A DNA stretch of 64,000 bases from Octopus vulgaris (taxonomy: Eukaryota). This document shows, piece after piece, positions 1 to 13,519 of this stretch. Where the stretch lies: positions 44,082,001 through 44,146,000 of the forward strand of contig OX597822.1 in assembly GCA_951406725.2 (NCBI GenBank), written 5' to 3'. The position numbers and the translations under genes were made by a program. The stretch's first letter is position 1, and every line of letters starts with the position of its first letter. The notes under the pieces were generated by a model. It had not been told where the DNA came from. It made no database searches and worked only from the letters and a program-made list of their open reading frames with translations.

Positions 1-497
1 TGTGAGTGTGTGTGAATGTATATATGATGGTAGCTGTCTACTCCCTATGCAGAGTCAGATCGCCTCTTATACCTTCATCTTAGATCCATCATGGCGTCTG
101 ATGTGGCTTTTTCAACCAGACAATGTTTTGAAAAGACACGCACCTAGATTGCATATCTGATTTGGACCACCAAGGCCGCCGTTAGATCTGCAAACCTTAT
201 GGCATACACTGCATTGAAACGTATCGAGAAGCGCAGGCTCGAAATGTCAGTGACTTTTCCATTCTTCGCGAGCGTTAAACTAATATATGTATGTGTGTGA
301 GTGTGTGTGTGTGTGTGTATGTGTGTGCGTGTTGTGTATTAAAAGGAATATAGAAATATAATTGACATATAAATTTATTAACATTATAATATAAAATGAG
401 TATATTGTAAAAAGATTAATATAGTATATAATGTATAACAAATAATTAAAAAATGTTTCGATTCATATCCACTAATGAATTTATAAAGTATTCATTC

Positions 498-534
<37 letters not shown>

Positions 535-987
535 CATACATACGTATATGCATATACGTATGTATATTATATAATATGTATATGCATGTATCTATATGTA
601 CATAATTGCATACATACAGACAAGTACTGGGCTTTCACGTAGATTCCGTCTCCCAAACTTGTGCTCACGGCATTAATCAATCGGGACCTACTGTATAATT
701 GAAGGTATTTGGCCAAAATTCCGCGCCGTGGGACTGAACCTAAAACTCCGACGTTTACAATTTTTTATCTACTTATTGTACTACATTCTCCCTCGCATGA
801 GGACTTCCGGTCTGAAGTTATACATGAGAATTGCTTTTACGACTTGCTCATGTTCACATCGTAAATATGGTTACGACAGATGTTTTTCCTGTCTTAATAG
901 ATCTCCGTTTACTATATACGTATATATATAATTGTTCCACGTCCTCGCGTTGCTGTGTTTTTTTCTGTGTTTTCTTGTTTGGATTAA

Positions 988-1063
<76 letters not shown>

Positions 1064-1395
1064 TGCTTAAAATCTTGTACATTCATTTATAACATACATA
1101 TGTACAATATTAAGTAGATATACGTATGGCATATACACGCGCGCTAACATATATACATGATTATTTTTATATTTGAATTATCATGATACTTATATTTATG
1201 TCTACATTCATAATATCCATAGAAATATAAATATTAGCTACCCAAACACACCTACATATACACCTACATACGTATATATATGCGTGGGTTTATATATATA
1301 TTGTTTTATTTATATTCCTGAGCGCCATACTAATACAATTGTTTGTTTGTACTCCCCCTGCCTTCGTCTTTTGTTTATTTTCATAAAGCTTCCCG

Positions 1396-1433
<38 letters not shown>

Positions 1434-1489
1434 TTATAAATATATTTGTATATATGTGAGTGTGTGTAAAATAACATCATATTTCAGGC

Positions 1490-2670
1490 CACTGTATACC
1501 GACAAAAGTTTGGGGTTACGATAGGAACCAAGGCAGCCCCGTTCTCGCAAACTTGACAATGGGTTATTTGGAACTAACCATACTTTCAGAAGTCACTCAC
1601 AAAATTCGGAAACCCCGTTGCCATTACATAAACGAAAATTGAAAAAGATATTTGGATGAGTGTTTCATTCCATGGAATGAGAAAATGGAGAGGTATTTTG
1701 GAAATCAAAAGAGTTCTCAATAGCATAAATACAAATGTACAATTCACAATGCAAAACAACAAAAAGGAACTCCCGTTTCTAGATATAGTAATGAAAAAAG
1801 TACATAAAAATACAAACCATGATATTTTACAAAACTATAGACTCGAAACAATACTTATTATTTAGCTCATACCACCCCGGGCATATTAAAATAAATATCC
1901 CATTCAATCTAGCGAGAAGAATCTGCCCTGTTGTGTCGGAAAAAAACATCAGAGAACTCAGACTAGAAGAACATAAAAACACAGACGTCTACAGACACTA
2001 CACATCGCTTATAGATGATGGGATAAAATGTGCAAAAAGAATTAATATACAAATATTAAGACAAGTCAAACAAAACAACGTATCCACACTAAAACTATTA
2101 CCTTATATTTCCACACACAACCTCAGAAACAACGAAGTATATAACCCTATTATCCAGAACCTTCAAAGACTACATAACAACCCTATGCTGTATCAAATTC
2201 TACGCACCCATAAAATTATTAAAAGCAATAAACATTCAAAACCACTCAAGCGGATACTCACAAATGCAAAAATATACTAAAAAATAAAGGAAGTAAGAGT
2301 TAAAAAATGTGGATGACCGAACTGTAGAATATGTCCCGACCTAATGGAAGGCTCAGAATTCCAGGTTAAACAAAGGCAAAATCATAAAATTAAAACTGTC
2401 TTCACTTGCGCCTGTGTGAATTAAAACTGATTTCACTTGCGTCTCTGAAATCCGTCATATTATCCACTGATTATCCACCTTGAGTTATACTCTCCTGCAT
2501 AATCCCAAAACAGTATCATACCTGCTTCTACACAAGATCAAATCCAATGATTTTGCTATCATAACATTGAGTCATGATTAGCGAAGCAAAAACCGGTTGA
2601 CGTATTGTAATGGATTAAATAATCTTTATCTTCACAAACCTGATTTCTGCGCATTTTCACCCTAAATCTT
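1490..2670 (+). mobile_element. Penelope-like retroelement fragment: RT C-terminal half, thumb, Cys linker, start of GIY-YIG, then probable pLTR
   Basis: Frameshifted peptides GTKAAP..ANLTMGYLE, KRYLDECFIPW (YxDD-like), NVQFTM..ELPFLDI, ORF 1819-2280 FYKTIDSKQYLLFSSYHPGHIKINIPFNLARRI, then KKCG*PNCRIC and FTCASE. Confidence 0.88.
2571..2601 (+). ncRNA. Degenerate minimal hammerhead motif in the PLE 3' region
   Basis: GTC-ATGATTA-GCGAAGC-A-AAAA-CCGG-TT-GAC: stem I GTC/GAC, palindromic stem III ACCGGT, core deviates (A3/U8, G12A). Confidence 0.4.
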
Positions 2671-2696
2671 ATTATATATGTGTGTGTGTGTGTATG

Positions 2697-2756
<60 letters not shown>

Positions 2757-2970
2757 TTCGATGCACGAAACACGTATAAACACAAGCGTTTATACACTTA
2801 TACATACATACATGCGTATGTAAAAAAAGTTGATTGCATAATTCGAGCTTTTATTTTAATTCTTATATATAAATACACACACACACACGCATATATATAA
2901 CGTAGAGGAATGGGGATTCGTAATCTGGGCAAGAACCTTATTCACAATGTGACATAATCTACATCGAAGT

Positions 2971-3230
2971 GGAGGCGCTTGGCTTAGCAGTTAGGGTGTT
3001 GAACTCACGATCGTAAGATTGTGATTTCGATTCCTGGACCGGGCGACGCGATGTGTTCTTGAGCAAAACACTTCATTTCACGTTGCCTCAGTCCACCCAA
3101 CTGAAAAAAATCATGCGAGTAGCCATGCAACGGACCGGCGTCCCTTCCAGATTTGGAATTTATACGCTATGGAAACATGATTACCGGCCGTTATGAGTTG
3201 GTAACTTTACCTTTAGCTAACCATATCAAA
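2971..3230 (+). mobile_element. tRNA-derived SINE (family C)
   Basis: A-box-like tggcttagcagttag and B-box-like atttcgattcc; related heads at 12845(-), 16912(+), 28598(-), 63890(+). Confidence 0.75.
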
Positions 3231-3639
3231 CGACAAGGTACATACAGGTAAACAACTAAACAACACTTCAGCGAATAGGTAAATCCTGAGTTCCCTTCAG
3301 CGGATTTTATGATGCTGTATGCGGAGTAGGTACTCGACAGATCATTATGAAGAATGCAGAATTTATGCATCTTCAAAATTTCAGCATTATAGTATTACAT
3401 TAAATCTCGATCCAGTTTGATGAGAATAATATTATAAGAAACGCCTTTTGAAGATGCATTAATTCTTCATTCTTTATGATATCTTGGTATATTCATATAG
3501 ACATACAAACATACATACATTCGTGCATATACGTATATATATTATCTATCTATCTATCTATCTATCTAGCTATCTATTTATCTATCTATCTATACATACA
3601 TACATATATACATACATATATATATATGTACATATATAC

Positions 3640-3673
<34 letters not shown>

Positions 3674-4128
3674 GTAATATGCATACTCACATATATACAC
3701 ATGCATATATATATGTATATCTACACACATATACATACATGTAGACATGCATATATATATGTATATGTGTGTGTGTGTGTGTGTGTGCATATGCATATAT
3801 ATACGCACATATATATGAATATAAATATACATACACATATACATATATATAAATATATATATTCACACATATATATATATATACATACATGCATATATTC
3901 ATACATATATATGTGAGTGTGTGTGCATGTGTGTGTGTGTGTGTGTACACGCACCCTAATGTGTACAATTCACAAAGAAGTAAGAAGTATGAAAGAAACT
4001 GTTATACACCCCTTTATACCCACGTATGTACACACACGCATGCATAGACCCGCGCGCAAACATCTTCGATCAACATTTCGTTGCAGGAATGAAGAAACAA
4101 GACGCTGACAGGAAGATAAGTGTGTGTG

Positions 4129-4161
<33 letters not shown>

Positions 4162-4451
4162 TTATATGTACCTGTGTGCGCGGATGTGCGTGTGTGTGCG
4201 TATGTGTTATGTATGTGAGTGTATAAGTGTGTGTCTGCATGTGTTTGTGTGATTATTTGTAAGTGTGATTGTGTGTGTACGTGTTTACATGTGAGTGTGT
4301 GTGTACGTATGCGTGCGTTTGTGTGGATGTATGGTTGTGTGTATGCCTGTCTGCATACGCCGTTGTTATAATTCGTGTGTCACTACAGGTCAAATCTATG
4401 ATCCAATACACTCGAACCACGACCACTCCGCCTTATATAAATCTTATAGGA

Positions 4452-4676
4452 CAGTACTTCCCTACGTGTCTTTACCTCCACCTCCCCTCGCCTATAGTAT
4501 CTAAGGTACCCACACACTTATCTAAGGTACCCCACACTCTTATCTAAAGTACCCCCACGCTCTTATTTTACTTCCATAGAGACAATATACGCTTGAAAGT
4601 AACACTCGTGACATTCCTAGCGACAGCCAGCAATCGCCTGAGGGTATCACGACACCCCGGTGGAAAAAATCCAGTG
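4452..4676. mobile_element. Possible hAT-type MITE with internal ~22-bp tandem repeat
   Basis: Ends cagtacttccctac / gtggaaaaatccagtg, subterminal gggtatcacgacacccc; 3x tatctaaggtacccacac at 4498-4565. Confidence 0.3.
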
Positions 4677-5099
4677 ATTGAATGATAATTTCTGTGTAAG
4701 ACAGGAGGGCGTGGTTTGAGGAAAAAGTGCCCGTTGTTTCTAACACGGCGTTTATTCATTCTTTTAAGTTTTGTCTTGTTTCAGTCAGTAGCCTGCGGCC
4801 ATGCTGGGGCTGTGCTTTGAAGAATTTTTTTTTTTTGTCTTTTTAATCGAATGAATAGAATCAAGTACTTCTTGATAAGTCTGGTAAATATTCATCCATC
4901 GCTTTGTTTTTTTTTTTAATTTTGCCGAGCAGATAATTTACGGGGACGGACGTGAACACAACAACACCGGTTGCCAAGCGGAGGAGGAGGCATACACTCG
5001 TAAACACATACATACAATCATACATACATACATACATGCATAAAAAAAACACACATACATACACAAAACAAACAAATACACACACACACATAAGCATGA

Positions 5100-5285
5100 T
5101 AGATCGATAGGCACTACATATTCTTTATTGTTTCTTTCTGTGTTCCTTTCTGTGGAACAGAGTAGGCTCGAAACGTTAAAGATTTTTTCACTTCCCGAGC
5201 GTTATAATAATACATCTGTTTGTTGTCTACACCACCTGTCTTTGTCTTCTGTTTTTTTTTTTTTTTTTTGCGAATTCTCCCTATA
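5100..5285 (+). mobile_element. Short interspersed repeat with degenerate hammerhead-like motif (family of 13395 and 32720)
   Basis: cttt-ctgtgga-a-cagagtaggctc-gaaa-cg-tt-aaag at 5146-5181, followed by shared cacttcccgagcgttataataatacat tail. Confidence 0.65.
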
Positions 5286-5355
5286 TAAAAAATATATATA
5301 TATATATATATAAAAGATCCCTACATTTTCAAATCCCGCTCCCTATATATATATA

Positions 5356-5410
<55 letters not shown>

Positions 5411-5572
5411 TGATGCATATTTGCCATTTGAATATGGCTAACCCCTAAGGGTGGATGCTACTGTAGTTTGTAGCCCCAGGAAGATATCTCCTCCAGCTGG
5501 CTATAGACACACTATCTGTGCCCTCTCAGTATTTGTTACCGCTACTGTTTATAACTCGCTCTGAGATTTATC

Positions 5573-5619
<47 letters not shown>

Positions 5620-5620
<1 letters not shown>

Positions 5621-5770
5621 ATGAGCTTCTTTCAGTTTCTGTCTACCAAATTCACTCACAAGGCGTTGGTCGGCCGAAGCTATTGTAGAAGATACTTGCT
5701 CTAGGTATCACGCACAGGAACTGAACCTGGAACAATGTGGTCGGGAAGCAAGCTTCTTATCTCACAGCAT
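5620..5770 (-). mobile_element. tRNA-derived SINE (family A)
   Basis: Reverse complement of the gtggtaagaagcttgcttcccaaccacatggttccgggttcagtccc...gtagacggaaactgaaagaagc repeat found more than 10 times in the window. Confidence 0.75.
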
Positions 5771-5775
5771 CGTCT

Positions 5776-5897
<122 letters not shown>

Positions 5898-5989
5898 CAT
5901 CGTCGTCGTCGTTGTTGTTGTTGTAATTATTATTTTGATTTCATTTACGCACAACGGATTACTTAGAGTGTTGGAGAAAAAAAATCCTA

Positions 5990-6365
5990 AGATGAGGCTA
6001 CCATAGGTAATACCTCAGATGCCAGGAACCTTCCTAAGTTTTCTTACTGTCCCTAATAATAATGCTTTTCTGAAGCTGTACCGAAATAGGTTTTATGCCT
6101 GTTTCCTCCATCCATCTGTCGAAATCCGTAGGGACATTTCCTAATACACCTATAACTTGAGGAAAACATTTTTACCTGCACTTTTCATAGTATCTTAACT
6201 CGATACCAAGGTCCTCGCACGTTGCTGTTTTCACCATACCTCTCGTATTGACTCTCCTCGTCATTTGGGACAGTAAGTCAATTACCAGGCACTTTCTACT
6301 TTCTTACTCTCTTACTACTAATTCAGGCCTTCTTGCTTCTCTTACTCTGTCAGTCTCTATGCTAA
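5990..6365 (-). mobile_element. Degraded R4/Dong-clade non-LTR retrotransposon 3' end
   Basis: Minus strand encodes ALLLGTVRKLRKVPGI, homologous to AALLGTARILRKVF at 60960-61010; (TAA)n lies downstream. Confidence 0.6.
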
Positions 6366-6369
6366 AAAG

Positions 6370-6441
6370 CTTACATACGTCGGTCCTTACATACGTCGGT
6401 CCTTACATACGTCGGTCCTTACATACGTCGGTCCTTACATA
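6370..6441. repeat. 16-bp minisatellite (cttacatacgtcggtc) x ~4.5
   Basis: Direct visual match of the units. Confidence 0.9.
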
Positions 6442-7208
6442 TGTGTGCGCTAATATATGTAGAGATACTCCATGGGAATGCTTGTGAGTGTGTGTTTCTG
6501 CGCATGCGTGAGTGTGTGTGTGTGTGTGTTTGTGTGTTTGTGTATGTTCGTCTCTGTGTGTGTATTTGTGTATGTGCGTGTTTGTGTGTGTGTCTGTGTG
6601 TTTTGTGAGTGTGTGTGTGTCTGTGTAAGTTTGTGTGTGTTTGTGTGAGTTTGTGTGTGAGTGTGTTTGCGGGTACGTGTATGCTTGCGTTTGTGTTCGT
6701 GTGTGTGACTTTGTGTCTTTCTGTGTCTGTGTGTTTCTCTTTGTGTGTGCGTGCGTGTGTTCGTGTGTGCGTCTGTGTGCTTGTATGTGGGTACGTGTGT
6801 GTGTGAGTTAGTGTACGTCTGTGAGTTTATACGTGAGTAAGTTTGTGTGTACGTGTGTGCGTGTGTGTTTCTGTTGTGTTATTGTGTGTGGATGTGTCTT
6901 TGTGTGTTTCTGTGTTTGTGTGTCTTTGTGTGTGCGTGTTTGTGTTTGTGCGTTTGTGTATGTGCGTGTTTGCGAGTGAATTTGTGTGTGTGTGCGTGTG
7001 CGCATCAGTGTGTATGTGTGTGTGTGTGTGTGTTTGCTTATATCAACGTATTCACGTTTATTTATGTTCCTGTAATTGTGTACTTTTCCGTTGCTATGCG
7101 ACTGTGTGTGTATGTGTATGAAAGTTACTGGAGGCTTTGTGTGTATATGCGTGTGTGCGACTTGTTTCTTTCTGTATTTCCAGACGCACAGACAACTTTA
7201 TCAATCTG

Positions 7209-7286
<78 letters not shown>

Positions 7287-7292
7287 GAGTGC

Positions 7293-7361
<69 letters not shown>

Positions 7362-7419
7362 AATTCCTCTATTTACATAATATCGAGTCTCATTCTTTCT
7401 TGTGTTGTCATACTATTAC

Positions 7420-7474
<55 letters not shown>

Positions 7475-7494
7475 CATATACGTACATGTATGTA

Positions 7495-7674
7495 TAGGCG
7501 CGCTGGTTATGTTGTGTGATAAGAAATATGCTTCCTAACTTCCCAACAGAATGGTTCTGCGTTTAGTCCCATTGCGTGGGTTCTTGCGTGAGTATTTTCT
7601 ACCACAAATCACGGGCCCACCAAGCGACCAAAGACTTGTGAATGGATTTGGCAGACGGAAGCTTAAGAAGCCAG

Positions 7675-7676
<2 letters not shown>
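7495..7676 (+). mobile_element. tRNA-derived SINE (family A)
   Basis: ggcgc..gttgtgtgataagaa..cttcctaac..ggttctgcgtttagtccc..gaatggatttggcagacggaagcttaagaagcc. Confidence 0.7.
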
Positions 7677-7741
<65 letters not shown>

Positions 7742-8029
7742 GACACAGACACACACACACATATATATAATTATATATATATATATATATGGAGGGTGTG
7801 TATGTATGTGTGTCTGTTTATGAACGAGTCTGTGTTTTGTGTGTGTGTAAGCTTTATACATCGAACGCTTTCCAATCGATATATGTTAATGCATACACTA
7901 ACTGAACTTAATACTAGGTTGACACTACTAACACAGTAAATTTAGTACGCGGCTGAGTATACAGAAACACATGCAGACACACACACACACACACATACAT
8001 ACTTACATATGTATATATGTATCTCTCTG

Positions 8030-8079
<50 letters not shown>

Positions 8080-8649
8080 CATGCATATTTTTCGTTTCTG
8101 TGGCCATGCTGGAGCACCGCCTGTTGTTGAACAGTTTGTAAGCCTAGTATTTATTCTATTCGTCTCTGTCGCCGAGCCGCTATGTTACGGGGACTTAAAA
8201 ACACTAACGTCGGTCGAATTGATTCATCCTTTTCCCTTTTGCCTACATTATAAAAAAAAGTTTGTTATTTTCTCGGAGTTTTTATGTTAGTTGAAAAGAC
8301 ATTAGCGTCTACTTCTGATTCAGTACGTGGCGAGGCAATTAGCCGACCCCTCATTATAATTATGTATAAAACTATAGAATATTATACATATATATATACG
8401 GCGGGTTTCTTTCAGTTTCCGTCTACCATATCCACTCACAAAGCTTTGGTCAGGCCGCGGCTATAGTGGAAGTCACGCGTCCGAGGTACCACGCAGTGAG
8501 GCTGAACCCGGAACAATGTGGTTGGTAAACAAGCTAATTATCACATAACCAGTCCTGATTAACTAGGCTATGAGATGGTGTTACACTTCGCTGGTCACAA
8601 TGCACTTTTAGCATTGGTTAGGCTTCACATGAAGCCACCCCGCTAGTTC

Positions 8650-9420
8650 ATATTCCGCCGAGGTCGATTTTGCCTTTCATCTTTTCGGGGTCGTTGAATC
8701 AAGTATATGTTACGACTGGGGTCGGTGTAATCGACTTAATCCTTTTGTCTGTCCTTTTTTGTCCCCTCTATGTTTAGCCCCTCGTGGGCAATAAAGAAAT
8801 AAATATTATTATCGTGTAAGGCGTCGAACTGGCAGAAACGTTAGCACGCCGGGCGAAATGTGCAGAGGTATTTCTTCTGCCGCTACGTTCACAGTTCAAA
8901 TTCCGCCGGGGTCGACTTTACCTTTCATCCTTTCGGAGTCGATATATTAAGTATCGGTTGAGTACTGGGGTCTATCTAATCGACTAGCCCGCTCCCACAA
9001 AATTTCGTGCCTTGTGCCTAGAGTAGAAAAGGATTTTAACAAGGCGGTGAGCTGGCAGGAACGTTAGCACGTCGGGCGAAATGCGTAATGTTATTTCGTC
9101 TGTCGATAAATTAAGCATCAGTTGGGTACTGGGGTCGATTTAATCGATTGGCCCTTTTCCCCTAAAATTCTGGCCTTGTGCCTAGAGTAGAAAAGTACAT
9201 TATTATTGCGTATAAGGCGTTGAAGAGTCAGAGCCGTTAGCACGCCGTACAAAATGCTTGGAGGTATTTAGTCTGCTGCGCGTTGTGGGTTCAAATTCCG
9301 CCGAGGTCGACTTTGCCTTTCATCCTACGGAGAGCGATAAAATAAGTACCAGTTAAACACTGGGGTCGATGTAATCGAGTAGCAAATTTCTCGGCCTTGT
9401 GCCAAAATTTGAAATCCATA
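8650..9420 (+). mobile_element. Head-to-tail cluster of tRNA-derived SINEs (family B)
   Basis: Repeated aaggcggcgagctggcagaaacgttagcacgccgggcgaaatg..gttcaaattccgccgaggtcgactttgcctttcatcctttcggggtcga modules. Confidence 0.85.
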
Positions 9421-10048
9421 TTATTATCGTGTGTTGCTATTATCTTACACAGGACGTGACTAATGTAACTTATAAAGGCGCAATATATATATAGTTATCT
9501 GTATTCGCGTTTTTTTTGCTTTCATTTATTTTATTTTCCTTGCGGTTAATATCCGTGTGTCAGTTGGGTATTTATATTTTTCAGAGCTTTTTTGTTATGA
9601 TGATTTTGTATTTGTATTCGTTTTTCAAGATTTTTGATGTTGGCGTATCTTGGGCGGCTCATTTTGTGAATAAAACACACTAATGCATCTATTTCACTTC
9701 TTTATAGTTATATTATCGATCATCTAGTTAACTTTTTAACCGGTCTGTGTATTGCATGATTAATCGTTCAGTCAAACAAAGAATCTCTGTGTAGCTACAA
9801 TGTGACAGACTCAATGCAATGAAGGCACATTATTGATGAGGTTGCGAATGACGTAGGAAGGACTCAAATAAATCAGCTGTCTGATTCATTTATCAGACAA
9901 TTAATGAAGCAGTCAATTAACTGATTGATTAATTCGTTAACTAGTGCACTAATAATTACAATAACAAAAGCAAAGTATAATAATTATATACAATTATAGA
10001 CTAAACGACCCTACCAACGTTTAGTGGAAGTATTATGACATCTGTCAT

Positions 10049-10686
10049 AAGGCGGCGAGCTGGCAGAAACGTTAGCACGCCGGGCGAAATGCTTAGAGGT
10101 ATTTCGTTTGCCGTTACATTCTGAGTTCAAATTCCGCCGAGGTCGACTTTGTTTTTCATCCTTTCGGGGTCGATTAAATAAGTACTAGTTACGCACTGAG
10201 TTCGATATGATCGACTTAATACGTTTGTCTGTCCTTGTTTGTCCCCTCTGTTTAGCCCCTTGTGGGTAGTAAAGAAATAGGTATTTCGACTGTCTTTCCT
10301 TCTGAGTTCAAATTCCGCCGAGGTCCAACTTGCTTTTCATCCTTTTGGAGTCGATAAATTAAGTACTAGATGCGTAATGAGGTCGATCAAATCGATTGCT
10401 CCCTCCCCCAAAATTTCGCGCCTTGTGCCTAGAGTAGAAAAGAATATTTATATTGAGAAAGACGGCGAACTATCAGAATCGTTAGCATGCCGTGAAATGC
10501 TTAGCGGTATTTCGTCTGCCGTTACGTTCTGAGTTCAAATTCCGCCGAGGTCGACTTTGTCTTTCATTCTTTCGGGGTCGATTAAATAAGTACCAGTCAC
10601 GCACTGGAGTCGATATAATCGACTTAATCCGTTTCTCTGTCCTTGTTTGTCCCCTCTGTGTTTAGCCCCTTTCGGGGCTAAACACA
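10049..10686 (+). mobile_element. Head-to-tail cluster of tRNA-derived SINEs (family B)
   Basis: Three modules with A-box agctggcagaaacgttag and B-box gagttcaaattcc. Confidence 0.85.
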
Positions 10687-11025
10687 TTGAAAAATATAAG
10701 CCTGAACTTAACCATTCTAATATTCTTATACAGAGAAACTCATCTCATTGAAAAACAGAAATAAATATAAAGCGATTATCTCCCTTATACCGGACGAAAT
10801 CCCTGATTACCTCCTCCTGCCTGGAACTCTCCTTTGCATTTCATAACGAAGACATGACACGATGTAGGTAAAGAGATTTGAGAAATTTGAAAAGTTTAAC
10901 ACGAAACCGGTTATTTCTCAAAAAACTACGTTACTATACACAACATTTTATAACATTTTTTTAACATAACGACTTCGTTAACCTTATAAAACAAGCCTTC
11001 TCTAGTTTTTTCATTCTTTTCTATT
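10686..11025 (+). mobile_element. PLE 3' terminal fragment (GIY-YIG C-terminus plus pLTR)
   Basis: att gaa aaa tat aag cct gaa ctt aac = IEKYKPELN, a typical PLE endonuclease end, followed about 165 nt later by a hammerhead. Confidence 0.55.
10877..10922 (+). ncRNA. Minimal type I hammerhead ribozyme (U3-A8 core)
   Basis: TTTGAGAAAT-TTGAAAA-GTTTAACAC-GAAA-CCGG-TT-ATTTCTCAAA: 10-bp perfect stem I, palindromic stem III, predicted cleavage after GUU (10912). Confidence 0.78.
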
Positions 11026-11068
11026 TTTTATGCATCAAACGACGTGCTTTCATACACCAACTTTCTCA

Positions 11069-11125
<57 letters not shown>

Positions 11126-11153
11126 ATATACATATACACACACACACACACAC

Positions 11154-11272
<119 letters not shown>

Positions 11273-12041
11273 TGCATATATATATATACACACATATGTG
11301 TATATGTCTGAATATATGTATAGTATGTATTATATGTATATGACTACACAAACATATATATATATATACTGACGTATGTATATGTGTATGTAAATGAATG
11401 TATGTGTGTGTAAGCGTGCATGTGTGTGTATGTTTGTGTGTCGTTATGTGTGTATGTATGCATGTATGTATGTATGTATGTATGTATGTATGTATGTATG
11501 TATGTATGTATGTATGTATGTATGTATGTATGTATGCGTATACATAGAAATGGTCGTGCACTATTTGAAATAGCAACCAACAATGAATATCATATGAAAA
11601 TATAGCACAGGGAAACAGAATGGGAGAGAGATAGGGAGTGAGAGATAGAGAGAGAGAAAGGAAGGGATGAGGCAGAGGGGGAGTGAAAGAGAGAGAGCGG
11701 GGAATTTATAAAGTTAATATATGCATGAATTGAGCAGCGCGTGCAACAGATGTCGAACGTCGATGCATGTCAGCAGCTGCCTCATATCTTTTATTCAATA
11801 TCAGTGGAATATATCGATATCCTGATCTATCGATGAACGTTTGCGCACAGTGCTGCAATATATGCAACACGTGTTCAATATGCATTTCAAAATGGCCGAA
11901 GTGTTAAAGTGAAACCTGAAATTCGTGCGCGTCTACAGTTCGGAAAACTTGTGATTAGTAGACCAGAGAAAAAAAAGGTGACGCCCTGATGCAAGTTTTT
12001 ATGCAAAACATGCCCCCCCCCCCCCACACGCATGTATATTC

Positions 12042-12073
<32 letters not shown>

Positions 12074-12238
12074 GCTCACACAATAACACAGGATGACGTA
12101 CACCAGCATATGGAGGCGGAGTTACACGAAGACATCCGCACATATCCCCGCAGTAACCGCTTGGACATTTTGTTTTTTATTTTGTGTGATTATGTGTATC
12201 TCTGTTCGTTATCTGTATGAGTGTATATATATATATGC

Positions 12239-12275
<37 letters not shown>

Positions 12276-12466
12276 CATACATATATATTCTTTTATTCTT
12301 TTACTTGTTTCAATCATTTCACTGCGGCGATGCACGGCCTTTAGTCGAGCAAAATGGCCCCAGGACTTATTCTTTGAAAGCCTTGATCTATCGGTCCCTA
12401 TTACCGAACTGCTGTGTTACGGGGACGTAAAAACATCACCATCGGTTGTCAAGCGACGGTAGGGGA

Positions 12467-12551
<85 letters not shown>

Positions 12552-12559
12552 TAATTTAT

Positions 12560-12845
12560 TTATGCGACCTTTTCAAGCTTAACCAGGCTCATGGGCCCGG
12601 GTTCCCGGTTTCTGTGGCGTGTGTGTTCTCCCCAGCTGTACGGGACGCCAGTCCATCGCAGCGTTACTCGAGAAACAGGAAGGAAGAGTGAGAGAAATTT
12701 GGGGCGAAAGAGTACAACAGGAGTCGCCACCACCGCCTGCCGGAGCCTCGTTGAACTTGAGATGATTCCGCTCAATAAATACACACAACGCCCGGTCTGG
12801 AAATCGAAACTGCGATCTTCCGACCACTGGGTCATTGCGCCTCAA
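12560..12845 (-). mobile_element. tRNA-derived SINE (family C)
   Basis: Reverse complement gaggcgcaatgacccagtggtcgg..cagtttcgatttcc; homologous to 16912-17110. Confidence 0.75.
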
Positions 12846-13213
12846 TATATATATATATATATATATATACATTTATAGACAGCGGGGTCTTTTCCGTTTC
12901 CGTCTACCAAATCTACTCACAAGGATTTGTCTGCCCGAGGCTAGAGTAGAAGACGCTTCACAAGGTGCCACGCAGTGGGACTGATCAAAGTAAGGAAGCT
13001 ACTTACCACATAAATCCAAAGCGTTGTATTTTCAGAAAACAAGAAAATAGTATCCCCATTCCATATGAAAACCATTTGGCAATTTTTGATATCTTCGCAT
13101 CTGAAGCAACTGGATATACGATAGTTTGACCGAAAATAAATATTGAAAAAATCCACATTTGGCCAAATTTGGATGAACGACACAGTTTATCATAATACCA
13201 ACGATATGTGTAT

Positions 13214-13337
<124 letters not shown>

Positions 13338-13346
13338 GTATGTATA

Positions 13347-13378
<32 letters not shown>

Positions 13379-13422
13379 GGTAGGTAGGTATGTATTCTCA
13401 GTGTGTTTATTTTCTCGTGTTC

Positions 13423-13458
13423 CTTTCTGTTGAAGAGCGTAGGCTCGAAACGTAAATG
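13423..13458 (+). ncRNA. Minimal hammerhead-like motif (A6U) in a short interspersed repeat
   Basis: CTTT-CTGTTGA-A-GAGC-GTAG-GCTC-GAAA-CG-TA-AATG; stem III palindrome ACGT. Confidence 0.55.
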
Positions 13459-13519
13459 ACCTTCGCACCTTTCCGCTATTCAAACACCTGTCCTCGTCTT
13501 TTGTTTTTCTGCAAATTTC

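Noticed and set aside
2308-2335. In-frame TGA in the PLE Cys linker as selenocysteine (Naiad-type), also the TGA near 20966
   Set aside because: Both TGAs fall at non-Cys positions (CG*PNC is probably CGA decay) in copies that are already degraded
6370-6441. Short regular repeats as a CRISPR array
   Set aside because: Contiguous units with no spacers; eukaryotic minisatellite
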